From a virus (taxonomy: Duplodnaviria > Caudoviricetes): DNA of 64,000 nucleotides. The notes below the pieces were generated by a model, which was not told the origin of the DNA, did not search any database, and was given only the letters and a program-made list of their open reading frames with translations. This document shows, piece after piece, positions 44,807 to 53,775 of the stretch. Within the stretch, counting starts at the first letter, position 1. Each line of letters starts with the position of its first letter. Both the position numbers and the translations under genes were made by a program. Where the stretch lies: positions 32,001 through 96,000 of IMG/VR virus record IMGVR_UViG_3300014204_000124; one strand, 5' to 3'.

Positions 44807-45382
44807 ATGGAAAAGAGAATTCGATTATTTTTCCCAAACGGAGCGGAAGTTGAGAAGGGCACGGTAGTCCAGAGTGTCCCGCAGCACGGTCCGTTTGCGT
44901 GGAGGGGCGTTGTTGCGTCGTTTTTGGCTTTTGACGGGGTTTTCAACGATAGCGTTAGCGTTTTTGTTGACGTGGAACTCGACGTGGAAACGGAAGTTGT
45001 CACGCTGCTTTCCGGCATCCAGTTGGGCGACGAAGTTTTCCTAAACAACGAGTACAGGGTGTCGGGATCTGTGAGGGGGCCAGTCGTTGTTGTGACATTT
45101 GGCGGTGTAGTTTTCGCTGAGTGGAGTCCTGGGAATGGGACGCGATACACTGCGATGGCGAGCAAGATCGGGCATTGTTGTTTGTCCGATGGGGTAGGGG
45201 GTCTTGGTTTATTGGACGATGGAATCGTCCTTACCTTGGGCCATAATAAGGTTTCGTACTTCGTAACTGGGGAGATGCTTCACTCCAGTTATGTGAAGGA
45301 AAAATGGGGTGTGAGGGATGCTGACCTGGAGGGCTCTACCGCTGTGCTGAGCGCTGCTGTAGCGGGGGTCCAATTACCATGA
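44807..45382 (+). CDS. Hypothetical protein
   Basis: Promoter TTGCGT-N17-TATAGT at 44761-44789. Confidence 0.6.
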   Translation: MEKRIRLFFPNGAEVEKGTVVQSVPQHGPFAWRGVVASFLAFDGVFNDSVSVFVDVELDVETEVVTLLSGIQLGDEVFLNNEYRVSGSVRGPVVVVTFGGVVFAEWSPGNGTRYTAMASKIGHCCLSDGVGGLGLLDDGIVLTLGHNKVSYFVTGEMLHSSYVKEKWGVRDADLEGSTAVLSAAVAGVQLP

Positions 45383-45591
45383 AAAAAAATGTCGTGGACA
45401 AAATTACTGAGGCGTTTATGGCAACAAACGAAGGACGTGGCGTGCCTTATGTAGTGGCGTCTGTGGCGATTGAGTTTACGTTATGGGAGCTCCAAGACTC
45501 TGGTGTTATAGGGGACATTGAGGAGTGTGAGTGCGGGTTACTGAGGGCGGCGACAGATGGGTGCCCCCACCAAGGAGAAGGCAATGAGTGA
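45379..45591 (+). CDS. Hypothetical protein
   Basis: ATGA overlap. Confidence 0.55.
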   Translation: MKKNVVDKITEAFMATNEGRGVPYVVASVAIEFTLWELQDSGVIGDIEECECGLLRAATDGCPHQGEGNE

Positions 45592-45844
45592 ATTAGTAGA
45601 GAGGATAGAGGCTTTAGAAAAGCGTGTGGAGCATTTTTTGCCGCTTCCTGAGACGAAGGAGTGTGAGTGCGGCAAGAAGATGGTTCGGGTTAGGACTGGA
45701 ACGGCGTTGATGACCCATCCTGTCCGGTATCGCACCATGTTTTGGTGCAAATGTGGGAGAAAAGAGGATGCTGGTTTGGAAGTAGCCAAGTCGGCAGACG
45801 ATTATTTTGAGGAGCTTTGGCTTAAGGCAAACTGGGAGGTATAG
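45584..45844 (+). CDS. Zn-ribbon protein
   Basis: AAGGAG RBS; CECG...CKCG. Confidence 0.6.
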   Translation: MSELVERIEALEKRVEHFLPLPETKECECGKKMVRVRTGTALMTHPVRYRTMFWCKCGRKEDAGLEVAKSADDYFEELWLKANWEV

Positions 45845-45847
45845 AAT

Positions 45848-46795
45848 ATGTTATTGAAGTACGGGGATCGCAGACCAGAAGTTGAGATTTTGCAGCGTGC
45901 GTTGAAGGCGAAGGGGTTGTATCGGGCCAAACTGGATTCGATTTATGATGTACGAACGCAACGAGCGGTTTCGGAGTTGCAAAGGCATTCGGGGCTACCT
46001 ATAGATGGTCAGGCAGATGAAGCGGTTTTGCGGATGTTGGGGCTGCTCGACAGACCGAAGTCAAATAAGGACGACAAGACCTCTTTGCTGTCTATAGGAC
46101 CGCTGACGCGAGCTGACAAGGCGGACATAGTGACGGCTGTCTCTGCATTTATCGGCGATTTTACAACCTGCGGTAGGGGTAGTTCTTTCAGCCGAGGGGA
46201 TGAAGCGGTTCCATGGTATACTGGGCTGAGGTTTGGATTATTCCAGTTTTCTCAGGATAGTGGGGATTTGGGTTGTCTTTTGCGCGCTATGAGAGAGAGG
46301 AAGCCCACTATTTTTGATCGTACGTTCGGTATGTCTTCTTCTGAGTTGGTGCGGGTAACGAATCTTCCGGGTCTGCCTCTTCGAGTTGAGGATTCCACGT
46401 CTTCCACCGGATTCGTCTTGAGGTCTCCACGAGTTGTTCCCATTGAAGGTGCCGACTTGTGGAAGGAACCGTGGTTGAGTGCTTTCTCGAAGGCGGGGGA
46501 AGATCCCGATTTCCAGCAGGTTCAGGTTGATGTTGCCATTCAGTTGTATTTCGACCCGATGTTGGAGAGGGCGAAGGGGGTTATGAGCGAGAAGGGTCTA
46601 GCTATTCTCTTAGATAGGTATGTTGATTTGGGCAAGAAGGGATATGGGGCGTTATTCAGGAACATGCCATCTTGGTCTTCCGAGAGGGAGTGGTTTGAGC
46701 TTTTGTACGAGCGCAATTCCACGAAGGAATGGGCGTTTCGACTTCGTACGCTGCTTGATAGCGAGCAGGTGTCTTGGTTCAAGCGTTTTGAGTAA
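45848..46795 (+). CDS. Peptidoglycan-binding domain plus lysozyme-like domain (endolysin-like)
   Basis: L..GD...EV..LQ..L...G.Y...D.IY...T..AV..LQ...GL..DG; GL.FGLFQF.QDSG.LG.LL. Confidence 0.7.
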   Translation: MLLKYGDRRPEVEILQRALKAKGLYRAKLDSIYDVRTQRAVSELQRHSGLPIDGQADEAVLRMLGLLDRPKSNKDDKTSLLSIGPLTRADKADIVTAVSAFIGDFTTCGRGSSFSRGDEAVPWYTGLRFGLFQFSQDSGDLGCLLRAMRERKPTIFDRTFGMSSSELVRVTNLPGLPLRVEDSTSSTGFVLRSPRVVPIEGADLWKEPWLSAFSKAGEDPDFQQVQVDVAIQLYFDPMLERAKGVMSEKGLAILLDRYVDLGKKGYGALFRNMPSWSSEREWFELLYERNSTKEWAFRLRTLLDSEQVSWFKRFE

Positions 46796-46801
46796 GGAAC
46801 C

Positions 46802-47449
46802 ATGGGGCGATGTTCCTTTGCCGCTGCTTTTACGGCGTGTCAGGGGGAGCAGAACTGTTTGGTCGCAACTGTGGGAGTGGTTGTGGAAGATCGTCGATTA
46901 GAGCAGATAGGTAGCGATTTCTACGAGACCCCGCCTGAGATTTTCTTGCCATTGAAGGACGAGTTTGGGTTCACTGTGGACGTATGCGCCACGAAGTGGA
47001 CTGCGAAGTGTCCCCGATTTTACACGCCAAAGGAAGACGGTTTGAGCGTATCCTGGGCGGGGGATATAGTGTGGTGCAATCCGCCATATTCCAATGTTAC
47101 GAAGTGGGTGAGGAAGGCGTGGCAGGAGTCTCAGAATCCTGGTACTGTCGTAGTAATGTTGCTATGGGCGCGTTTGGATTCTTCATGGTGTGAGGCATAC
47201 GTGCTCCCCGATTTGGACGGGGCATCGGAGCGGCGGGTTCATAATGCTGCCGAGTTGAGGTTCCCTCGTGGGCGTGTAACGTATTTATTGCGAGGCGAGC
47301 GGCAGGGGAGTCCGATGCTTCCTGCGATGGTCGTCGTGTTTCGGTATGGCCACATTGGTTCTCCTGTGGTTTCTTCTATCAGGAAGGCCAGGAGTTTTGT
47401 CCCTCTAGCGAAGCGTAAGAAGTTGCCTGTTGCTAGGATTCTTTTGTAA
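46802..47449 (+). CDS. dam: Phage DNA N6-adenine methyltransferase (T1 Dam-like)
   Basis: ETP..IF...F.VDVCA, DGL..SW, VWCNPPYS; true start probably further downstream. Confidence 0.85.
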   Translation: MGRCSFAAAFTACQGEQNCLVATVGVVVEDRRLEQIGSDFYETPPEIFLPLKDEFGFTVDVCATKWTAKCPRFYTPKEDGLSVSWAGDIVWCNPPYSNVTKWVRKAWQESQNPGTVVVMLLWARLDSSWCEAYVLPDLDGASERRVHNAAELRFPRGRVTYLLRGERQGSPMLPAMVVVFRYGHIGSPVVSSIRKARSFVPLAKRKKLPVARILL

Positions 47450-47459
47450 GGGGGTGTTT

Positions 47460-47723
47460 ATGTCTACTGCTATTCAGATTCCTCATCTTCGAAGTCCATT
47501 GGTGTGTTTGGCACAGGGTCCGAGGCCCGTCTACGTTGTAGTTGGGTTTATTGTGCATCACGAGCGGAAGATGGTTGTTATCTCCGATGAGGCTGAGAAG
47601 CCAGACGAGGTAGAGGCTGAGATTTTTGTGAGGTTATCGTCGTTGTCTCCTGCTGTTAGGGCTGCCGTTCGTGAGGATATTCAGAATACGAAGGGAGTCA
47701 CGTTGCCAGGGGTTGGGTCATGA
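47460..47723 (+). CDS. Hypothetical protein
   Basis: RBS, packed ORF. Confidence 0.55.
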   Translation: MSTAIQIPHLRSPLVCLAQGPRPVYVVVGFIVHHERKMVVISDEAEKPDEVEAEIFVRLSSLSPAVRAAVREDIQNTKGVTLPGVGS

Positions 47724-48064
47724 AGTGGGGTGAGCGTAGGCGGCTGTCGGTAGACAGAGACTCAATAGTCCACGAGTTTGATTTTATGGGGATGTGCGGG
47801 ACTATCACAGTGGGGTTGTATGAAGATGGGACGCCGGGGGAAATTTTTCTTCGGGTTGATAAGGGGGGGGATTTCACCAATGGCATGTGCAATGCTTTTG
47901 CAATAGCTTTCAGCACGGCGTTGCAGCATGGAGCACCTCTGGGTGTTATGGTGAAGCGAATGCGTTATATGCGGTTCGGTGCTGAAGGGATAGGTGAAGG
48001 GACTTCTCTGATAGATTATTTGATGAGGTGGTTGGAGTCTAAGTTTCCGCAATCAATTGCGTAG
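47720..48064 (+). CDS. Stand-alone TSCPD domain (class II RNR C-terminal-like)
   Basis: G.ITVG.YEDG.PGEIF....K.G....G...AFAI.FS.ALQ.G.PL; S..DY..RWL. Confidence 0.8.
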   Translation: MKWGERRRLSVDRDSIVHEFDFMGMCGTITVGLYEDGTPGEIFLRVDKGGDFTNGMCNAFAIAFSTALQHGAPLGVMVKRMRYMRFGAEGIGEGTSLIDYLMRWLESKFPQSIA

Positions 48065-48093
48065 TTGACAAACGATGGTTACCAGACTATCGT
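48048..48093 (+). promoter_or_regulatory. LacI-type palindrome abutting a promoter
   Basis: CGCAATCAATTGCG at 48048-48061; TTGACA-N17-TATCGT at 48065-48093. Confidence 0.6.
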
Positions 48094-48111
48094 GTAATCG
48101 GTGGAGGGACT

Positions 48112-48435
48112 ATGTGGTACGAAGTTTTTTTTATTGATCCAGCGCATGTTTGCGAGATTCCGATGGTTGTAGGCCAGGGGGAGATCGTGAGTGTAGAACG
48201 CAGGTGGTATAAAGAAATGGGGCAAGTGGAGGCTGAATCTCCGATGCAGGCATGGCGATTACTCCATTCGTTAGAATCTTCAGAGGTTGGCGGTGGTGAG
48301 CCAGTGTGTTCGGCGCTAGGTCCGGGCAGAAGGGACTGCCAGTTCGGGGATGTATTGGAGGATTCAGACGGCGGTTTGATTGTTTTTACGTTGCAGCAGG
48401 GCGGAAGCAGTCCTGGGAAGTGGGGGAGTTCATGA
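48112..48435 (+). CDS. Hypothetical protein
   Basis: GGAGG RBS. Confidence 0.6.
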   Translation: MWYEVFFIDPAHVCEIPMVVGQGEIVSVERRWYKEMGQVEAESPMQAWRLLHSLESSEVGGGEPVCSALGPGRRDCQFGDVLEDSDGGLIVFTLQQGGSSPGKWGSS

Positions 48436-48617
48436 TAGGTAGAACGGTACAATTGAGTCCATCAGATGTGGCGACGGTCAAAGAGTGGTTCGAAGCTGCG
48501 TTGTTGGCGTCTCCTACGGGGAGTGCTATGCCGGGGATGGAGTTGGCAAGGCAGTTGGGTTTTATAGAGAAGGGGAAAGATGAGGCGACGAACCAGGGCA
48601 GCGTCATCGGAGTGTGA
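48432..48617 (+). CDS. Hypothetical protein
   Basis: ATGA overlap. Confidence 0.45.
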   Translation: MIGRTVQLSPSDVATVKEWFEAALLASPTGSAMPGMELARQLGFIEKGKDEATNQGSVIGV

Positions 48618-48862
48618 CCATCTTCTCGTACAAGATCTTCTTTTGTCCGGGATGAGTGTAAAGACTTTATTACGGACTGTCTGTGAAAGTCCCGCCCGCG
48701 GGGAAGATTTTTTCATTAGAGTTTTGGTCGGTCGGTTGACTTCTCTTGAGCGCAGGAGGATGTCAGCATTGCTTCTAAAAACCGTGATGTCACGCTAAAA
48801 GTTTATTGAAGTCATCGGCATATCTGTTACTATGCGATAGGTGGTATAACGGAGGGGCCATT

Positions 48863-49132
48863 ATGGGAGAAGATTTTGTTGTTGTGTGGGTTGAGCAGAC
48901 GGTGAAGTTGCTGGTTGATAAACCCGAAGAGGTTCTTGTGAAAACTTATGAAGTTGCCAGTCGCACCATTATAGAGGTGACTGTGGCACAGGGGGAGACG
49001 GGAAAGATCATTGGTCGTGGAGGGGAGACGGCTTTTGCCATTCGTAAATTGTTGACTGCTTTTTCGGGGCGGGAAAAGCGTCACTACCAATTTGAGGTTA
49101 ATGACCCGACGCGAGAACGCCCTGTGATGTAG
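48863..49132 (+). CDS. khpA: KH-domain RNA-binding protein, KhpA/YlqC-like
   Basis: VK.LVDKPEEV.V, IEV.V...ETGKIIGRGG.T..AIR.LL. Confidence 0.85.
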   Translation: MGEDFVVVWVEQTVKLLVDKPEEVLVKTYEVASRTIIEVTVAQGETGKIIGRGGETAFAIRKLLTAFSGREKRHYQFEVNDPTRERPVM

Positions 49133-49164
49133 CCCTGTGTTTTTGTTCCTGCGGATCTTTTCGC

Positions 49165-49230
49165 TTGACTATATTCCAAACCCGATTATGCTGTATTCGA
49201 GTTCGCTGGTATGCGACTATTGCTGACAGC
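49165..49230 (+). promoter_or_regulatory. Repeated promoter-hairpin-TGACAGC element, copy 9
   Basis: TTGACT-N16-TATGCTGTA; AGT(T)CGC-TGGTAT-GCGACT; TGACAGC. Confidence 0.8.
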
Positions 49231-49246
49231 TTTTGCGGGGGTCGTA

Positions 49247-50506
49247 ATGAAAATTGAGTTGACACTGAGTTCCAAGTATTGCCAGAACTGGGGCGTTTGG
49301 GAAGGGCTTAGGGAATTCGCTCAGAATGGTATGGATGCCCAGGATGAGGGCTTCCCGTTCACGGTAGAGCGTAAGAATGGCAGGGTCAGGTTTTTCTCTG
49401 CCGGTGCCAGTATCACAACAGATTCCCTCTTGCTGGGGGAGAGTAAAAAAGGTACAGACGCCCGCGGGCGTTTTGGTGAGGGGTACAAAGTCGGGGCTCT
49501 TGCTCTTCTGCGGTCGGGCAAGAGGGTAACCTTGCGAACGGGGGTGGAACGGTGGAAGTTCGGGTTCCAGAATTCTAAGGCTTTTGGAGCCAAGGTATTG
49601 TGCGTTACCACATCCCAAAACAAAAGTGTGGTGGATGGTGTTGAGATAGTGGTGTCTGACGTGAGCCAGGAGGAGTGGGACGCGTTCCAGGAGCGGATAT
49701 TGCCCCCATCCGGGGAAGAGATTTTCGAGGTCCCTTATGTGGGACGGCTTTTATTGAAATCGTGTTTTCGGGGCAAGCTTTTTGTGCGTGGTATTTTTGT
49801 GCAGGGGTTGGAAGAAGGCTACAGATTTGGGTACGATCTCCCTTTGGTTTTAGATCGGGACCGCATGATAGCACGGGATTTCGATATACAGTATTCAGCT
49901 AATCGCCTGCTAGAGGCGGCTATTGTCGCTGGTGTTGTAGAAGAAGACATGGGATTTTCCATGTTGGAAAGTGAAGCACCCGAGTTCGCTCCTATTACCG
50001 AGTGGACTCCGTTTTATGAGTGTTCCCGCCGAGAAGTGGCGGGGAAAATTGGCGCATCTTTTATTGAGCGCTATGGCCAGAAAGCCGTTCCTGTTTCGGA
50101 TATGGAAATGGCAGACAATATCCGTTCTATCGGCTATGTGCCGGTCATTGTGCCCAAGGCGCTAAAAGTATATTTAGAAAATTCTTCTGTTGTTCCCCCT
50201 GCCAGGGGGCTTTTAGAGTGGGCCTTGGAGAAGGTATACTTGTATGAGGAGTTGTCAGCAAACGAGCGTTCTGTTCTGTCGTGGTGCCTAACATCATATA
50301 AGACGGCGAAGGAGAGCGCCGAACCTGTTGAAGTTGTTGATTTCCACGAGGGGGCGCTGAAGGTGCTTTCCAACGGGGGAAAAATCCTCATAGCGAGGGG
50401 GTTGTTATCGGATGCTTCTCAGTTGTTATTGCGTTTAATGAGGAACATTGATTCTGGGATTCGAGACGAGTGTTGGCTGCGTCTTGTCGTTCCAGTTGGG
50501 GTGTAG
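49247..50506 (+). CDS. GHKL-family ATPase domain protein
   Basis: REF.QN..D, LLLGES.K, G.FGEG.K.G motifs. Confidence 0.75.
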   Translation: MKIELTLSSKYCQNWGVWEGLREFAQNGMDAQDEGFPFTVERKNGRVRFFSAGASITTDSLLLGESKKGTDARGRFGEGYKVGALALLRSGKRVTLRTGVERWKFGFQNSKAFGAKVLCVTTSQNKSVVDGVEIVVSDVSQEEWDAFQERILPPSGEEIFEVPYVGRLLLKSCFRGKLFVRGIFVQGLEEGYRFGYDLPLVLDRDRMIARDFDIQYSANRLLEAAIVAGVVEEDMGFSMLESEAPEFAPITEWTPFYECSRREVAGKIGASFIERYGQKAVPVSDMEMADNIRSIGYVPVIVPKALKVYLENSSVVPPARGLLEWALEKVYLYEELSANERSVLSWCLTSYKTAKESAEPVEVVDFHEGALKVLSNGGKILIARGLLSDASQLLLRLMRNIDSGIRDECWLRLVVPVGV

Positions 50507-50507
50507 T

Positions 50508-50768
50508 TTGAGGAACCATGGCGATTTCGGTATTGGGGACAAAGTGAAAACTCCCAAGGGAGTCGGAACAGTTTTGGGGCGTTCCGACTATAAGGAATAC
50601 TTATCTGTTTTGCCGGAATTTATGGTTGAGGGCGAACTCGCTCGTATACGGTCGGCGTACGGTGATGAGTGGCGTCGGTTGTTTTCCAATTATTCTGTTG
50701 AGGTAGGAGAAGGGGTAGAGTTTTTTGAATCTGGCAAGTTGGAGGCCGCAGATGAATCGGGTTATTGA
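50508..50768 (+). CDS. Hypothetical SH3-like protein
   Basis: F.IGDKV.TP.G.G.V. Confidence 0.5.
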   Translation: MRNHGDFGIGDKVKTPKGVGTVLGRSDYKEYLSVLPEFMVEGELARIRSAYGDEWRRLFSNYSVEVGEGVEFFESGKLEAADESGY

Positions 50769-51588
50769 GGTTCCGGTGAGTTTGGTAACGGATACTACGG
50801 TTCTTTCGCCAGAGAAGGTGTTGATCATGGCTCTAATCGCTGCTCCGGGGCGAACTGCGAGTGCCGAGTGGTTATCAGACTTCTTGACGTGGGGATTGCC
50901 CCGCGTGGAGAAAGCCCTGCGAGGGTTAAAAGCTGCGGGGCGTTTGAACTATGAGGAGGGGATTGCCTCTTTTGTGGTTCGCACTGCGCCCCCCGTACAG
51001 GCGGTGGTAGACCGTTGTCGGGGGGGAAGTGGAGAGGCGGCGGTGTTAGAGCATAGCAGGGAGCGTGCTGCCATTGCCAGCGAGAAGCGGAAACTCAGCA
51101 GAACGAGACGCGAGAACGAGTTGTTCGGCAACAAGGAGTCTCGTGATCTAGCCGAGGTATCGGAGGTTAGGAGAGAGAGGAGCGAGATCCCAGAACTTAC
51201 GGAGAAAGGTCGTAAGCGGGAACTCCGCGGTATAGGTGCTAAGATAAAGAGCGGAGCTTTTCAGGTTGAGGAGTGGTTTCGTACGTGGGTTCGGGAGAAT
51301 GTAGACGCTGCATCTGCATCAGTATATGAGCCATGGGACGGGGCTTCGCTGAAGTTGGCAGCGACGATGATTCAGTTCCATGGTATGGAGACGATGGAGA
51401 GGTTGGTGCTTCATTTTTTGAAGAACCATCCTTCGTATGGGATAACAGGGTTCCCTAATATGCGACAGCTTTACGGTTTCAGGGAGCGTGTGGCCAGTGA
51501 GATGGTAGGATACAAGGGCAAGAAGAAGGTTAAGCAGGGGGACTTCAACCCGGAGACGGCGGCGAAGTGCCCAAAGGTTGGGTGGTAA
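50752..51588 (+). CDS. Putative replication initiator with N-terminal winged HTH
   Basis: LS..EK...AL...S...L...V.KAL..L...G.L; directly upstream of DnaC and DnaB. Confidence 0.55.
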   Translation: MNRVIEVPVSLVTDTTVLSPEKVLIMALIAAPGRTASAEWLSDFLTWGLPRVEKALRGLKAAGRLNYEEGIASFVVRTAPPVQAVVDRCRGGSGEAAVLEHSRERAAIASEKRKLSRTRRENELFGNKESRDLAEVSEVRRERSEIPELTEKGRKRELRGIGAKIKSGAFQVEEWFRTWVRENVDAASASVYEPWDGASLKLAATMIQFHGMETMERLVLHFLKNHPSYGITGFPNMRQLYGFRERVASEMVGYKGKKKVKQGDFNPETAAKCPKVGW

Positions 51589-51589
51589 T

Positions 51590-52261
51590 ATGGAACAGGA
51601 TTTGGGGGTGACCCCTCTTGTGCGAACGAGACGGGGCTTGACTCAAGAGGATCTTGAGAGGATGCGGATACCCAAGTTGTATTGGGAGGTTTCGGAGTCC
51701 GGCATCCTTCTTGAATCTGGCAAGCCGGAAGTGTTGGGGTTTGTGGAACGAGTTTGCGAAGTTGTCGGCAGAGGTTACGGACTTTTGTTGTGGGGCACCA
51801 ATGGGGTGGGCAAGACTGCCTGTGCTGCTTTGGTTGCGAAGGAGGCGTGTCGGTTTGGGTGGACGGTTCTTTTTATCCGAGTCGCCGACCTATTGGCGTG
51901 GGAGACGAAGAAGGAGTTTTTTTGTGTGAGCGACGGCGAGACAGTCTGGAACCGCGCTCGTAGGGTTGACCTGTTGGTGTTGGATGATTTAGGGAAGGAG
52001 AACCTAGACGCTGGTGGCAAAGCGTTGAAGGAATTGGAAGAGTTCATCCGGGAACGTGTTTCTATGAAGCGGTCGACCATATTCACTACCAATCTGAGTA
52101 TACGGGATGATATGCCGGGCATTTATATGGAAAGCATGATGAGTGTATTGAAGGAATCTGTTCTGGCTGTTTGCTGTGAGGGACCGGACCACAGGCAGCA
52201 AAAGGCAGACGATGTCAAGCAGTTTTTGGTGGGTGGTACGGACTTAGGGCGGGGTGCATAA
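51590..52261 (+). CDS. DnaC/IstB-like helicase loader ATPase
   Basis: GLLLWGTNGVGKT, LLVLDDLGKE, TIFTTNL. Confidence 0.88.
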   Translation: MEQDLGVTPLVRTRRGLTQEDLERMRIPKLYWEVSESGILLESGKPEVLGFVERVCEVVGRGYGLLLWGTNGVGKTACAALVAKEACRFGWTVLFIRVADLLAWETKKEFFCVSDGETVWNRARRVDLLVLDDLGKENLDAGGKALKELEEFIRERVSMKRSTIFTTNLSIRDDMPGIYMESMMSVLKESVLAVCCEGPDHRQQKADDVKQFLVGGTDLGRGA

Positions 52262-53601
52262 TGTCAGAATCGAAGGAGAGGATGCGTAGGCTGGCGTGGA
52301 CTTTGCTTTCGTTGGTGGCCCGTGGGGGGAACAGAGTTTACCGGAAGCTGGTTAAGCGGGGGGTGTCGCCTCTGTTTTTCCCTGACGAGTACCTGGATAT
52401 CTGGCGGTACTATGCGAAGGTTATGGATGAGGAGGGTCGGGTTCCGTCTTTGGACGAGATTGATGATCGTTTCAACATACCAATGGATGGTGAAACGTCT
52501 CCGTCGAGACTAGATGAAATTGTGCAATCGATTGCGGCGGGGCTGGCGACGAGCGTGTTTGGAGAGGGCATGGAGCCTGCTCTTGCTGCATGTCGAGCTG
52601 GTGATTTGAATGGTGCGTTGACTGCGGCTGAGAATCAGATACGTCGGGCGAAGAGTTTGCACAGTGGAGGTGTCAAGGCATCTCCGTTGTATTCCTTTTC
52701 GGATGAAGTTGTGGCGCTTTACGAACGTGCTAACAGGGGCGACCTCGGCGTGCCGTTCCCATGGCCTACGATGAATTCTTGCACGATGGGAATGTGGGAA
52801 CGTACGCTGACGCTGTTCGTGGCTCGGCCCGGTGTCGGCAAGACAATGAGTTCTCTGATTGTTGCCAAGAACGCAAGGGAGCGGGCTGATGTTGATATCC
52901 TCTATATTTCGCCTGAGATGTTCAAGTGGGAGATAGCGGAGCGAAATCTTGCGATGGAGTCTCGTGTCAACTACGGTCGTATGATTCAGGGCCGTTTCCG
53001 GGAAGATGAGGAAGTGCGGTTCCGGGAAAATGCTACGAGGCAGAAGGGAGATTTAGACAACGGTTGGTGGATTGTTGACCGTGCTGACATCATTTCCGCC
53101 AAGGATGACCTGCTGGTGTTGGAGGGGCTGATTGAGGAGCACCGGGAAAGGTCGGTTTTGCGTGGTCGCCGATTGTTGGTGATAATGGATGCTTTATATA
53201 AATTAGGTCGGGGCGGGGACCGTCAAGTTCAGATGGTAGAAAACATTCTTTGGGCCGTCCGAATGGGGATTCAGTTTAATGTTCCTGTGTTAGCTACTAC
53301 GCAGTTCAATCGAACGGCGGGGGCGGGTGGGAAGGATGCTTCTTTGGAGTCGTTAGGTCTTACTGATGTCGCTGCATGGGAAGCGCACCAGATATTTGCC
53401 TTGATCCGAGATTCGGATGCTATTGCGGCGAAGCAGATGATTTGGAAGTTATTGAAGGTGCGGCGTCTTGCGGCTGGCGGTGCAAAGGAGTTTCGATCGT
53501 TTTGGGATTTTGATACGATGTCGTTTGGAGAGGTGGCGTCAGCGTCGGAGTTCAAGGCTGAGGATTATACCAAGGTGGTAGATCCCGATGTCAAATACTA
53601 G
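52261..53601 (+). CDS. DnaB-like replicative helicase
   Basis: ARPGVGKT, SPEM, IMD, VPVL..TQ.NR, K.R. Confidence 0.85.
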   Translation: MSESKERMRRLAWTLLSLVARGGNRVYRKLVKRGVSPLFFPDEYLDIWRYYAKVMDEEGRVPSLDEIDDRFNIPMDGETSPSRLDEIVQSIAAGLATSVFGEGMEPALAACRAGDLNGALTAAENQIRRAKSLHSGGVKASPLYSFSDEVVALYERANRGDLGVPFPWPTMNSCTMGMWERTLTLFVARPGVGKTMSSLIVAKNARERADVDILYISPEMFKWEIAERNLAMESRVNYGRMIQGRFREDEEVRFRENATRQKGDLDNGWWIVDRADIISAKDDLLVLEGLIEEHRERSVLRGRRLLVIMDALYKLGRGGDRQVQMVENILWAVRMGIQFNVPVLATTQFNRTAGAGGKDASLESLGLTDVAAWEAHQIFALIRDSDAIAAKQMIWKLLKVRRLAAGGAKEFRSFWDFDTMSFGEVASASEFKAEDYTKVVDPDVKY

Positions 53602-53609
53602 GAGGCAAC

Positions 53610-53750
53610 ATGCAAGTAGTAGAAGTTGTTCTGAAGGATGGCCGAATTGTTCGCGCCACTGTATCTGCGGGTGTTTATATCCAGGAGTCTACGGGGCAAC
53701 CTATTGTGGCTTCTGAGGTTGTTGAGGTCCGAGGATTATTGTTAGAATAG
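53610..53750 (+). CDS. Small hypothetical protein (46 aa, not in the ORF track)
   Basis: AGGAGG RBS; MQVVEVVLKDGR...RGLLLE. Confidence 0.55.
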   Translation: MQVVEVVLKDGRIVRATVSAGVYIQESTGQPIVASEVVEVRGLLLE

Positions 53751-53775
53751 GTGGTCCTTGCGTGGGGGTTATCAG

